Assembly (NCBI RefSeq): GCF_000020025.1
Contig: NC_010628.1
Coordinates: 2,340,001-2,372,000 of the forward strand
Length of the DNA: 32,000 nucleotides
Direction of reading: 5' to 3'
Origin: Nostoc punctiforme PCC 73102
GTDB taxonomy: Bacteria > Cyanobacteriota > Cyanobacteriia > Cyanobacteriales > Nostocaceae
The stretch's first letter is position 1; every line of letters starts with the position of its first letter. This document shows, one piece after another, positions 8,902-17,283 of this stretch. Position numbers and translations under genes: made by a program. Below the pieces are notes generated by a model that worked only from the letters and a program-made list of their open reading frames with translations, had not been told where the DNA came from and made no database searches.

Positions 8902-9081
8902 CTAACTCTTAACTGTAGTCACCACAGCTTCAACTGTAGCTTTTTGTTCGTCAGTATCCACAGAAGTAACTGCCCAACGCAGAGGTTCGCCTTGTTTCTT
9001 TAACTCTGTTTCAATTACTTCTAGTAACTCTGCGGGAGTTTCTTGTAAATCAATTTCTGCGGTAATAAAATGAGTCGTCAT
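8902..9081 (-). CDS. small conserved-looking hypothetical protein (59 aa), below the ORF-track cutoff
   Basis: Hand translation gives MTTHFITAEIDLQETPAELLEVIETELKKQGEPLRWAVTSVDTDEQKATVEAVVTTVKS*. It has an ATG start, lies on the same strand between the ferredoxin and DUF3326 genes, and has non-random globular composition. Confidence 0.55.
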   Translation of the reverse strand: MTTHFITAEIDLQETPAELLEVIETELKKQGEPLRWAVTSVDTDEQKATVEAVVTTVKS

Positions 9082-9174
9082 TTTGGTAAATCCTGTTGAT
9101 TTGTAGTTACTAGAATAGCTGATATTAGTTGCGATGAAATACTTATGTCAACTCTCAAATTTGGTAATGTTAGC

Positions 9175-9224
9175 GAACAGTTATTCAGTTATGAATAATC
9201 AGCCGATATACTGAATAACTGTTC
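9175..9224 (-). terminator. 15-bp perfect inverted repeat (gaacagttattcagt-N20-actgaataactgttc) just downstream of the ferredoxin stop
   Basis: Read directly. No U-tract follows, so it could be a terminator, a processing site or a stabilising hairpin. Confidence 0.4.
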
Positions 9225-9229
9225 ACTGA

Positions 9230-9550
9230 TTATTTGTCTTTGCCAAATTGTAACTGATAAACTATGTCTTCCTTTTCTGTTTCAAGTTTCAAATCAGAAA
9301 GGGGTTTCGCAACACAAAGCAATACGTAACCTTGCTTTTGTAAATCTGGACTAACGCCCATGCCATCAGTTTGATCCACAGTTCCCTGGCTTATTTGACC
9401 GGCGCAAGTTGTGCAAACACCTGCATTACAAGAACTCGGCAGTTCCAAACCAGCAGCATCGGCAACTGATAAGATCGTTTCATTTTCAGGAACTTGCAAG
9501 GTATGAATTTTGCCTTGATGATCGATTTCTACGGTGTAAGTTTTGGGCAT
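9230..9550 (-). CDS. plant-type [2Fe-2S] ferredoxin paralogue
   Basis: Cluster motif 'SSCNAGVCTTCAGQISQGTVDQ' plus the distal Cys in 'YVLLCVA'. The ATG at 9550 is preferred over the upstream TTG at 9556. Confidence 0.9.
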   Translation of the reverse strand: MPKTYTVEIDHQGKIHTLQVPENETILSVADAAGLELPSSCNAGVCTTCAGQISQGTVDQTDGMGVSPDLQKQGYVLLCVAKPLSDLKLETEKEDIVYQLQFGKDK

Positions 9551-9685
9551 ATACAAAAGAAGCGTGATGCAACGGACAAATGTATTAGTTTATCTGAATT
9601 AGTTAAAAATATCCAGATGTTACTATAAAAATTTAGGTTAAAGATTGATAATTATAGCAACTAATTCTGAATAAGTTATAGATTA

Positions 9686-9699
9686 GTAACATTATTTAC
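9686..9699. promoter_or_regulatory. exact GTA-N8-TAC (NtcA-type) palindrome in the divergent intergenic region
   Basis: gtaacattatttac; a TAN3T hexamer (taaatt, 9724-9729) lies 24 nt downstream on the + strand. Only six positions are fixed, so chance hits are expected. Confidence 0.2.
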
Positions 9700-9747
9700 T
9701 ATACAATACACAAATAAATTAGTTAAATTTGCTTACTATAAATGTGC

Positions 9748-9776
9748 GCGTAGGCGTAGCCCGCCGTAGGCATCGC
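9748..9776 (+). repeat. 29-nt dispersed repeat gcgtaggcgtagcccgccgtaggcatcgc
   Basis: A near-identical copy lies at 19649-19677 in the same orientation. A half copy in reverse orientation lies at 6987-6999. Confidence 0.75.
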
Positions 9777-9824
9777 GTTTCTTTAGAGACTGTATCTGTA
9801 AGTCTGCCTTTTGGCATTGGTTCG

Positions 9825-10256
9825 ATGTCGTGGAAAGTTGACACCACACAAAAGAAGGCGGCTTGGTCGCTGTATGTGGAATTGGTGACGCGCATTGCTG
9901 TGCAACTATTAGAAGTTGACCAGGGTTTGGTACGAGAAGCGATGAACTCTCTTTATAGTTTATTTGGCACTACCCGCGAAGTTCTCAAAGCTGCCGGGCC
10001 TGATGTGGGTGCTTCTCGTGATTCAGTGGGGGGAATTGCGATCGCTGTGTTGAATAATGGGTTAAGACCGTTTTTGGCTAAATGGCATCCGTTGTTGCAA
10101 GCGTGGGAAGTTAGGCGACCTGTGGGGGTGAGTCCCAAGGAACATGAGCAGAGTTGGTCTGAAGAAGCGACGGTGCGAAGTGAATTAGACAAGTTGCGTG
10201 TGGATTTAGAACAGTATGCCAAGGCGTTGGCGACTATCGCAGGCGTGGGAGAGTGA
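9825..10256 (+). CDS. hypothetical helical protein (143 aa), first gene of the TIR-GUN4 pair
   Basis: The ATG at 9825 (MSWKVDTTQKK...) is chosen because the ORF-track N-terminal extension (from 9729) is encoded by the dispersed repeat. The stop TGA-TAA directly abuts the next ATG. Confidence 0.6.
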   Translation: MSWKVDTTQKKAAWSLYVELVTRIAVQLLEVDQGLVREAMNSLYSLFGTTREVLKAAGPDVGASRDSVGGIAIAVLNNGLRPFLAKWHPLLQAWEVRRPVGVSPKEHEQSWSEEATVRSELDKLRVDLEQYAKALATIAGVGE

Positions 10257-10259
10257 TAA

Positions 10260-11219
10260 ATGGAACAGTTTGATGTGTTTCTGGCTTATAATAGTTTGGA
10301 TAAGCCGGAAGTTCAAGACATCGCAGCAGCATTAAGAAGGCGTAATTTAGAACCCTGGATAGACGATGAGCAAATTCGACCAGGACGACCATTTCAAGAT
10401 GAAATCCAACAGGCAATTCCTCTAGTAAAATCTGCTGCTATCTTCTTTGGTGTGCTTGGTTTAGGACGCTGGCAAAGTTGGGAATTGAGATCCTTGATTA
10501 ATCAGTGTGTAAACAGAGGGATTCCGGTAATTCCTGTTTTGCTTCCTGGTGTTAATCAACTGCCTGACAACTTAATTTTTTTGAATGAATTTAGATGGGT
10601 CTGTTTCTCTCAAAGCATTGATGATGGGCGTGCTTTGTCTTTATTGGAATGGGGTATTACTGGGATAAAGCCAGAGTCACAACCTATTATTCATCCTCCA
10701 GTATTTGAAAGACCATCAAAACCACCAAAAACAATCCCAGAAGCACCCACTCAGACAGATGACCTATCCTCAGAAAAAGGCATACACTATACCAGACTAC
10801 GCGACCTACTAGTAGCAAAAAACTGGAAAGAAGCCGATAAAGAAACTTATCTGGTGATGATTCAGGTTGTAGGCAAAAAAGATGGCGACTACTTTTCTAG
10901 AGACGAACTTTTAAATTTTCCTTGCATTGACTTACTCACAATTGACCGCTTGTGGGTCAAATACAGTAATGGACACTTTGGCTTTAGCGTCCAGAAAGAA
11001 ATATACTTGAGCGTAGGCGGTAAAGCTGACGGCAATTATTATGAAGAAATTTGGGAAAAATTTGGTGATCGTGTGGGATGGAAATTTCAAAATATGTGGA
11101 TATTTGCTGTAATTTATAGTACAAATAAAGCTCCGAAAGGACACCTGCCTTTTGGGGAATTTAAGTTGGTGAAAGGAATTGTATATCTCTTCTTTCGCAT
11201 CGAGACTTGTAAACTGTAA
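10260..11219 (+). CDS. TIR domain - GUN4 domain fusion protein
   Basis: N-terminal 'FDVFLAYNSLDK...' with 'RWQSWELRS' (candidate catalytic Glu75) and 'IPVIPVLL' fits bacterial TIR_2. C-terminal 'WKEADKETYLVM...NFPCIDLLTIDRLWVKYSNGHFGFSVQKEIY' is a clear GUN4 core signature. A Pro-rich linker spans aa ~140-175. Confidence 0.85.
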   Translation: MEQFDVFLAYNSLDKPEVQDIAAALRRRNLEPWIDDEQIRPGRPFQDEIQQAIPLVKSAAIFFGVLGLGRWQSWELRSLINQCVNRGIPVIPVLLPGVNQLPDNLIFLNEFRWVCFSQSIDDGRALSLLEWGITGIKPESQPIIHPPVFERPSKPPKTIPEAPTQTDDLSSEKGIHYTRLRDLLVAKNWKEADKETYLVMIQVVGKKDGDYFSRDELLNFPCIDLLTIDRLWVKYSNGHFGFSVQKEIYLSVGGKADGNYYEEIWEKFGDRVGWKFQNMWIFAVIYSTNKAPKGHLPFGEFKLVKGIVYLFFRIETCKL

Positions 11220-11259
11220 TATTAATTATTTCCCAGAATTTACTCAATATTAAAATTGA

Positions 11260-12144
11260 ATGACGCGTTTCATACATGATCAATTCGCCAAAGACTATCT
11301 AGAAGAATTATTAAAAGATTACGGTGAAGTCAAAGCATCGGAAAAAGTCTCAGGAGAGATTAAAGAAATAGATGTTTTATTCACTCCTGCCAAACAACAA
11401 AGCTCTAATATACAAATACTGGGTTTGCTAGGAAGATTTGCTGAAAATCCTGCAATAATAGAACCCTTTCGGAATCCAGCTTCTACCGATGAAATCTGCG
11501 ACTGTATTTTAAAATTATTAGAAATCAAGGCTCTCTTACGACGAGAAGCTAAAGCTAATAAAACCAAACTTCAGGACTCAGAAATTCCCAAATTGTGGGT
11601 TCTTACACCTACCATATCTGAAACCAGATTGTCTAGCTTTGTAACTATGCAAAAAGACGGTTGGTTATCAGGAGTACATTTTCTCCCAGATGCCTTACGG
11701 ACAGCAATTGTAGCAATACACCAACTACCGCAAACACCGGAAACATTATGGTTGAGGCTTTTAGGTAGGGGAAGTGTGCAGTCACAAGCGATTATCGAGT
11801 TGCAAGCGTTACCATTAGATCATCCATACCAGAAAGCAACCCTAGAATTAGTTTATAACTTACGCGAAAACTTGAGAGTAAATCAAGAATTAGAAGCAGA
11901 TGATAGGGAGTTAATTATGCGACTAGAACCACTTTATCAAAGAGACAGAGAACAAGCTGTACAGTCAGGAGAACAACGTCTAGTTTTACGCTTACTCAAT
12001 CGCCGTATTGGTGAGATTGATAAGTCATTAATTGAGCGAATTCAAGGCTTATCGATTGAACAATTAGAGAATTTAGGAGAAGCATTGCTAGATTTTTCTA
12101 GTGTTGCTGATTTAGAAACTTGGTTAAACCAACAATCAATCTAA
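11260..12144 (+). CDS. Rpn/YhgA-like (PD-(D/E)XK) putative nuclease with C-terminal DUF4351
   Basis: N-terminal 'FIHDQFAKDYLEELL...EIKEIDVLFTP'. C-terminal 'GEQRLVLRLLNRRIGEIDKSLIERIQGLSIEQLENLGEALLDFSSVADLETWL' matches the DUF4351 consensus as I recall it. Confidence 0.7.
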   Translation: MTRFIHDQFAKDYLEELLKDYGEVKASEKVSGEIKEIDVLFTPAKQQSSNIQILGLLGRFAENPAIIEPFRNPASTDEICDCILKLLEIKALLRREAKANKTKLQDSEIPKLWVLTPTISETRLSSFVTMQKDGWLSGVHFLPDALRTAIVAIHQLPQTPETLWLRLLGRGSVQSQAIIELQALPLDHPYQKATLELVYNLRENLRVNQELEADDRELIMRLEPLYQRDREQAVQSGEQRLVLRLLNRRIGEIDKSLIERIQGLSIEQLENLGEALLDFSSVADLETWLNQQSI

Positions 12145-12153
12145 TTTATTATT

Positions 12154-12286
12154 ACTACACTTGGCGACTAGAAGTCGCGGCTATACAGACTTGTGTTGAG
12201 CGGAGTCGAAATACAAAACCCACCTGCGTGGGTTAAAAATTCTTGATTTACTCTTAGTCCACGGAGGTGGACTTTGTTTGTGTAGT
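12154..12286. repeat. MITE-like Nostoc dispersed repeat with three hairpins
   Basis: Hairpins: gcgact-aga-agtcgc (12164-12178), aacccac-ctgc-gtgggtt (12217-12234), agtccac-ggag-gtggact (12256-12273). Short terminal inverted repeats: actacac/gtgtagt. Confidence 0.55.
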
Positions 12287-12456
12287 AGCGAATTCTATTC
12301 ACCTCCTACTTTTCAAACTTTCAGTATAAAAAAAGTTACTAATAACCGATTACCAGTAAGGCTTTCATTATAAAAGTAAGCTAAACTCTTATAGCCAAGT
12401 ATTGACTAAAAATATTTCATAATTAAAGATAGAACATCCCAATGGAGAACATAAAA

Positions 12457-15120
12457 ATGCTAGAACAATATCGTAAACACGTTGCTGAAAGAGCAGCACT
12501 CGGTATTCCCCCTTTACCATTGGATGCGAAGCAAACCTCAGAATTATGTGAATTACTGAAAAATCCGCCAAAGGGTCAAGAGGAGATATTATTACATTTA
12601 TTGCGCGATCGCGTTTCTCCTGGTGTCGATCCAGCAGCTTATGTCAAAGCCGGATTCCTCACCGCGATTGCCAAGAAGGAAATCACCAGTCCCTTGGTTT
12701 CGCGCATAGAAGCAGTGCAATTGCTGGGCACGATGATAGGTGGTTACAATGTGCAATCTTTAATCGATTTGCTGCAATTTCCCACTGTATCCGTCTCAGA
12801 CTCATCTGAAACACCTTTAGTAATGGGTGGGCAAGGAAAGGAACCCATCGCCGCTTACGCCGCCAACGCCTTAAGCAAAATCCTCTTGGTGTATGACGCT
12901 TACCATGATGTTTTAGAGTTATCTAAAACCAATCCTTTCGCCAAGGTAGTAATTAACTCTTGGGCGGAAGCTGAATGGTTTACCATGCGCCCCACTGTCT
13001 CAGAAGCGATTACTGTCACCGTTTTTAAAGTTCCTGGTGAAACCAATACCGACGATTTATCCCCCGCCCAAAGCGCCACAACTCGCCCAGATATCCCCTT
13101 ACACGCCTTGGTAATGTTAGAGTCACGGCAACCAGGAAGTTTACAAACCATTGCCGAATTGAAGAAAAAAGGGCATCCTGTAGCTTACGTGGGAGATGTA
13201 GTTGGTACAGGTTCCTCGCGTAAATCTGCCATCAACTCGGTGTTGTGGCACATGGGAAATGATATACCTTTTGTGCCAAACAAACGCGCTGGGGGTTATG
13301 TTTTAGGTGGTGCGATCGCGCCAATCTTCTTTAACACAGCAGAAGATGCCGGTGCTTTGCCTATTCAGTGCGATGTCACCAAACTCGAAACCGGCATGGT
13401 AATTACCATCCATCCCTACAAAGGCGAAATTACCAACGAAGCAGGCGAAGTTATTTCCACCTTTGCCCTCAAACCTGATACCATCCTCGATGAAGTCCGC
13501 GCAGGTGGACGCATCCCCCTACTTATTGGACGTACCCTTACCGATAAAACTCGTCTTGCACTAGGTTTAGAACACAGTACTGTCTTTACCCGTCCCCAGC
13601 AAGCCTTTGATACAGGCAAAGGCTACAGCCTAGCACAGAAAATGGTCGGTAAAGCTTGCGGATTAACTGGTGTGCGTCCCGGCACATCTTGCGAACCCAT
13701 CATTACTACCGTTGGTTCTCAAGATACCACAGGCCCCATGACCCGCGACGAATTAAAAGAACTCGCTTGTCTTGGTTTCAGCGCAGACTTAGTGATACAA
13801 AGTTTCTGCCACACAGCAGCTTATCCCAAACCAGTAGACATCCAAACTCATCACGAACTCCCCGATTTCTTTGCTTCTCGTGGCGGTGTCGCTCTCCGTC
13901 CCGGTGATGGTATTATCCACTCTTGGTTAAACCGGATGCTGCTACCCGACACTGTGGGAACTGGCGGCGACTCTCACACCCGCTTCCCCTTGGGTATTTC
14001 CTTCCCCGCCGGTTCTGGATTGGTAGCTTTTGCAGCCGCCTTGGGTGTCACGCCTTTAGATATGCCAGAGTCAGTTTTGGTAAGATTCAAAGGAGAATTG
14101 CAACCAGGTATTACCCTGCGGGATGTTGTGAATGCCATTCCCTACGTAGCAATTCAAAAAGGTTTGCTGACAGTAGAGAAGCAGAACAAAAAAAATGTCT
14201 TCTCCGGGCGAATTCTGGAAATAGAAGGTTTGCCAGATTTAAAAGTTGAACAAGCCTTTGAACTCACCGATGCTAGTGCTGAACGTTCTTGTGCCGGATG
14301 CACAATTAAGCTGAGTGCAGAGACAATTTCTGAATATCTGCGTTCTAACGTAGCATTGCTGAAAAATATGATCGCACGGGGCTATCACGATCCGCGTACC
14401 ATGTTACGCCGTGTAGCAAAGATGGAAGAATGGTTAGCAAATCCTGTGTTATTAGAAGGCGATGCCGATGCGGAGTATGCCGAAATAATTGAAATTGATT
14501 TGAACGAAATTAAAGAACCAATTGTTGCTGCTCCCAATGACCCCGATAATGTTAAATTATTATCGGAAGTTGCTAACGATCCAGTGCAAGAAGTATTCGT
14601 CGGTTCTTGTATGACAAATATTGGTCATTATCGGGCAACAGCGAAAGTTTTGGAAGGTGCAGGTGAAGTAAAAACTCGCTTGTGGATAGCACCACCAACC
14701 CGCATGGATGAACACCAATTAAAAGAAGAAGGTGTATACAGCGTCTTTGGGGCTGCGGGTGCTAGAACAGAAATGCCAGGATGCAGTCTGTGCATGGGTA
14801 ATCAGGCACGAGTTGCTGATGGCACAACAGTATTTTCTACCTCTACCCGCAACTTCAATAATCGCATGGGTAAAGATGCGCGAGTGTATCTTGGTTCAGC
14901 AGAATTAGCCGCAGTTTGTGCGCTGCTAGGGCGGCTGCCAACAGTGCAGGAATACTTGGATATTGTGGCGAGTAGAATTCATCCTTTTGCAGATGATTTG
15001 TATCAGTATTTGAACTTCGATCAAATCCTTGGTTTTGAGGATGAAGGGCGCGTGATTGCGTTGGAAGATATGCCGAGGCTTGAGGATATTTTGGGTATGC
15101 CAGCTAGTAGTTTGCGTTAA
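12457..15120 (+). CDS. acnB: aconitate hydratase B (bifunctional aconitase 2 / 2-methylisocitrate dehydratase)
   Basis: Near-colinear with E. coli AcnB from '[19 protein letters not shown]' through 'GSCMTNIGH', '[11 protein letters not shown]' and '[12 protein letters not shown]'. The ATG at 12457 is preferred over the ORF-track start at 12442. Confidence 0.95.
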   Translation: MLEQYRKHVAERAALGIPPLPLDAKQTSELCELLKNPPKGQEEILLHLLRDRVSPGVDPAAYVKAGFLTAIAKKEITSPLVSRIEAVQLLGTMIGGYNVQSLIDLLQFPTVSVSDSSETPLVMGGQGKEPIAAYAANALSKILLVYDAYHDVLELSKTNPFAKVVINSWAEAEWFTMRPTVSEAITVTVFKVPGETNTDDLSPAQSATTRPDIPLHALVMLESRQPGSLQTIAELKKKGHPVAYVGDVVGTGSSRKSAINSVLWHMGNDIPFVPNKRAGGYVLGGAIAPIFFNTAEDAGALPIQCDVTKLETGMVITIHPYKGEITNEAGEVISTFALKPDTILDEVRAGGRIPLLIGRTLTDKTRLALGLEHSTVFTRPQQAFDTGKGYSLAQKMVGKACGLTGVRPGTSCEPIITTVGSQDTTGPMTRDELKELACLGFSADLVIQSFCHTAAYPKPVDIQTHHELPDFFASRGGVALRPGDGIIHSWLNRMLLPDTVGTGGDSHTRFPLGISFPAGSGLVAFAAALGVTPLDMPESVLVRFKGELQPGITLRDVVNAIPYVAIQKGLLTVEKQNKKNVFSGRILEIEGLPDLKVEQAFELTDASAERSCAGCTIKLSAETISEYLRSNVALLKNMIARGYHDPRTMLRRVAKMEEWLANPVLLEGDADAEYAEIIEIDLNEIKEPIVAAPNDPDNVKLLSEVANDPVQEVFVGSCMTNIGHYRATAKVLEGAGEVKTRLWIAPPTRMDEHQLKEEGVYSVFGAAGARTEMPGCSLCMGNQARVADGTTVFSTSTRNFNNRMGKDARVYLGSAELAAVCALLGRLPTVQEYLDIVASRIHPFADDLYQYLNFDQILGFEDEGRVIALEDMPRLEDILGMPASSLR

Positions 15121-15136
15121 TAGATAATTAAAGTAG

Positions 15137-15153
15137 GGTGGGCGCTGCCCACC
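15137..15153 (+). terminator. GC-rich hairpin ggtgggc-gct-gcccacc after acnB
   Basis: 7-bp stem 17 nt after the stop codon. No T-tract follows, and it is also a known style of dispersed repeat. Confidence 0.35.
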
Positions 15154-15343
15154 TGACACCATCTGGTAGAACTTTAGCAGGTAAATAAAATAAGATTTTA
15201 TTAAGATTTATTATTAAAAGGTTATGAATTATCTAATAAAAATAGTTGCCTTTTATACTGTGATAGCTAATATCAATTTTTATACCTACAAGTCTAACAA
15301 GTTTCCTCTCTTATCGTAAAAATACCTTCAAAAATAAATACTT

Positions 15344-17257
15344 ATGCTAACTAAATGGACTCTTCAGTACTTTAAATCAGTGTGTGCTAAAACCACACTT
15401 GACATGGCTCCGCTAACTATATTTACTGGAGCAAACAGTTCGGGGAAAAGTACTATTATTCAAAGTCTTCTCTTAACTGCTCAAACTTTACAAAACCCTG
15501 TCTCATCTAGGTCTGTTATATTAAATGGGCATATTTTAAGAATTGGAGCATTCAATGATATTGTCTCAAACAATGATGAATCAAAAAATATTTTCATAGG
15601 GTTTGAGCTAACTCCAAATGTAGATGAGCGTGAGAGTTCTATTACAACATCTATGCGTTTTGATATTCCCCGTAGAGTTGAAGCTTTAACATCTATAGAT
15701 TGCTCTTTTAGCTTTTCAGCAACTGGCTCTGAAAAAGAGAGAGAAATAATACAACTACAACCACGCTTAGAAGAGTCTAGACTTAAAGTAAATTTTAAAT
15801 TGGTAGGCTCACCTAAAGAAGAAGAAGTTTATATTCGCAGAAGTAAAAAAAGTATAAAACAACGTCTACAAGAATATCAATTATTACAAAAAAGCCTTCA
15901 CAAAGTAGAGGTTGCATCTTTAGAATATGAAGTTAAGAAGCTAAGTGATTTGACAAAGGCAAGATATCGTCGTTATTATCGTTTTCATGCAATCGGGCAA
16001 CCAGTAGGGGCATTGCTCAACCACTTCTTACCAGGAAAAATTTCTATTGTTTTCGATTCTGTTGAAGAACAATCAAGACAGTTAGTTGATTTTCTAACTA
16101 TTCGAGAAGATGAAGATATATGGTTTTATAGAACAAGAGGTATCAGTATAGAAGAGATAAATAGTTTATTAAATGAAAGTGTTCAATTTATTATTATAAA
16201 TACGCTTAAAGAAGCATCTGAACATATTTATAAGACAGAAAGTTCCAGCAGTAAAAGCTTTATGAACAATATTATAAATCTAGAAAATGACTTTACCATT
16301 CAAAACTTATCAAGCTGCTATAAATTACCTACTGCTAAAAAAAGAACATTAGCTCAAAGGCTAGCTGAAAAATATGATAATATCCTCAATGCTGTCAGAG
16401 CTAATCGTCCTATAGATAACAGGGTTTCGTATTTTCCTCTACCCGATATTTCGGAACTTGCTGTTGATTATATTCAGGGCTTTTTTACTCGTTTTGTGAA
16501 ATATTTAGGGCCATTACGAGATGAGCCAAAACCAGTTTATTCTCTTACTGGTACAACTGATTCTAAGGATATAGGTTTTAGAGGTGAACATACAGCTGCT
16601 GTTTTGGATGTTAATCGAAATACAAAAGTAGAGTATATACCTAGTAATCAACTAAAATTTGGTAGCAATGAAACTATCACTAAGGCTGATTTTTTACCAA
16701 TTGCAGTACTAGATTGGTTAAATTATATGGGAGTAGCTAGTGATGTCCAGACATTGGATAAAGGTAAGCTAGGTCATGAACTCAAAGTTGCTACTACAGG
16801 TTCTTTATTATTGCATGATCTTACTCATGTTGGAGTAGGTGTGAGTCAAGTTTTACCAATTTTAGTACAATCTTTGTTAGCAGAAAAAGGTTCTACTTTA
16901 ATTTTTGAGCAACCAGAATTACATTTACATCCTCGTGTTCAAACACGTTTAGCAGACTTTTTTATATCAATGACAATGCTGAAAAAGCAATGTATTGTAG
17001 AAACCCATAGTGAATATTTAATAAATAGACTTCGCTATCAGGCTGCTGCTTCAGAAGGGGAAGAGATATCTAAAAACGTTCTTATATATTTTGTAGAAAA
17101 ACAGAGTGGTGAATCTAAATATAGACCTGTAAAACTTAATAAATTTGGTGTACTTGAAGACTGGCCAAAAGGTTTCTTTGATGAAAATGAAGAAAATGCC
17201 AGAGCTATTATAAAAGCTGCTATGGAAAAAAGAAAAAACGAGTCAAGTAAACAGTAA
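15344..17257 (+). CDS. ABC/OLD-type AAA ATPase with DUF3696-like C terminus
   Basis: Walker A 'GANSSGKST' (aa 29-37), 'YLGPLRDEP' (aa 387-395), signature-like 'HVGVGVSQVLPIL' (aa 495-507), Walker B 'TLIFEQPELHLHP' (aa 518-530), 'ETHSEYLINRL' (the HSE motif of DUF3696) and 'WPKGFFDE'. A ~450-aa insertion between Walker A and B contains a charged, coiled-coil-like stretch. Confidence 0.9.
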   Translation: MLTKWTLQYFKSVCAKTTLDMAPLTIFTGANSSGKSTIIQSLLLTAQTLQNPVSSRSVILNGHILRIGAFNDIVSNNDESKNIFIGFELTPNVDERESSITTSMRFDIPRRVEALTSIDCSFSFSATGSEKEREIIQLQPRLEESRLKVNFKLVGSPKEEEVYIRRSKKSIKQRLQEYQLLQKSLHKVEVASLEYEVKKLSDLTKARYRRYYRFHAIGQPVGALLNHFLPGKISIVFDSVEEQSRQLVDFLTIREDEDIWFYRTRGISIEEINSLLNESVQFIIINTLKEASEHIYKTESSSSKSFMNNIINLENDFTIQNLSSCYKLPTAKKRTLAQRLAEKYDNILNAVRANRPIDNRVSYFPLPDISELAVDYIQGFFTRFVKYLGPLRDEPKPVYSLTGTTDSKDIGFRGEHTAAVLDVNRNTKVEYIPSNQLKFGSNETITKADFLPIAVLDWLNYMGVASDVQTLDKGKLGHELKVATTGSLLLHDLTHVGVGVSQVLPILVQSLLAEKGSTLIFEQPELHLHPRVQTRLADFFISMTMLKKQCIVETHSEYLINRLRYQAAASEGEEISKNVLIYFVEKQSGESKYRPVKLNKFGVLEDWPKGFFDENEENARAIIKAAMEKRKNESSKQ

Positions 17258-17283
17258 TAAACCTATATATCAAAATATAAAAT

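Noticed and set aside
12403-12440. sigma70-like -35/-10 boxes upstream of acnB (ttgact ... cataat/taaaga)
   Set aside because: Spacing to the best -10-like hexamers is either too short (10-12 nt) or the hexamer is weak. I could not support a promoter call without transcription start data.
12900-14249. ORFs 12900-13151(-), 13416-13619(-), 13656-13907(+) and 13923-14249(+) inside acnB
   Set aside because: They lie in alternative frames or antisense within a strongly supported, colinear AcnB coding sequence. Their translations are Arg/Ser/Cys-rich nonsense typical of off-frame reads of G+C-richer genes.
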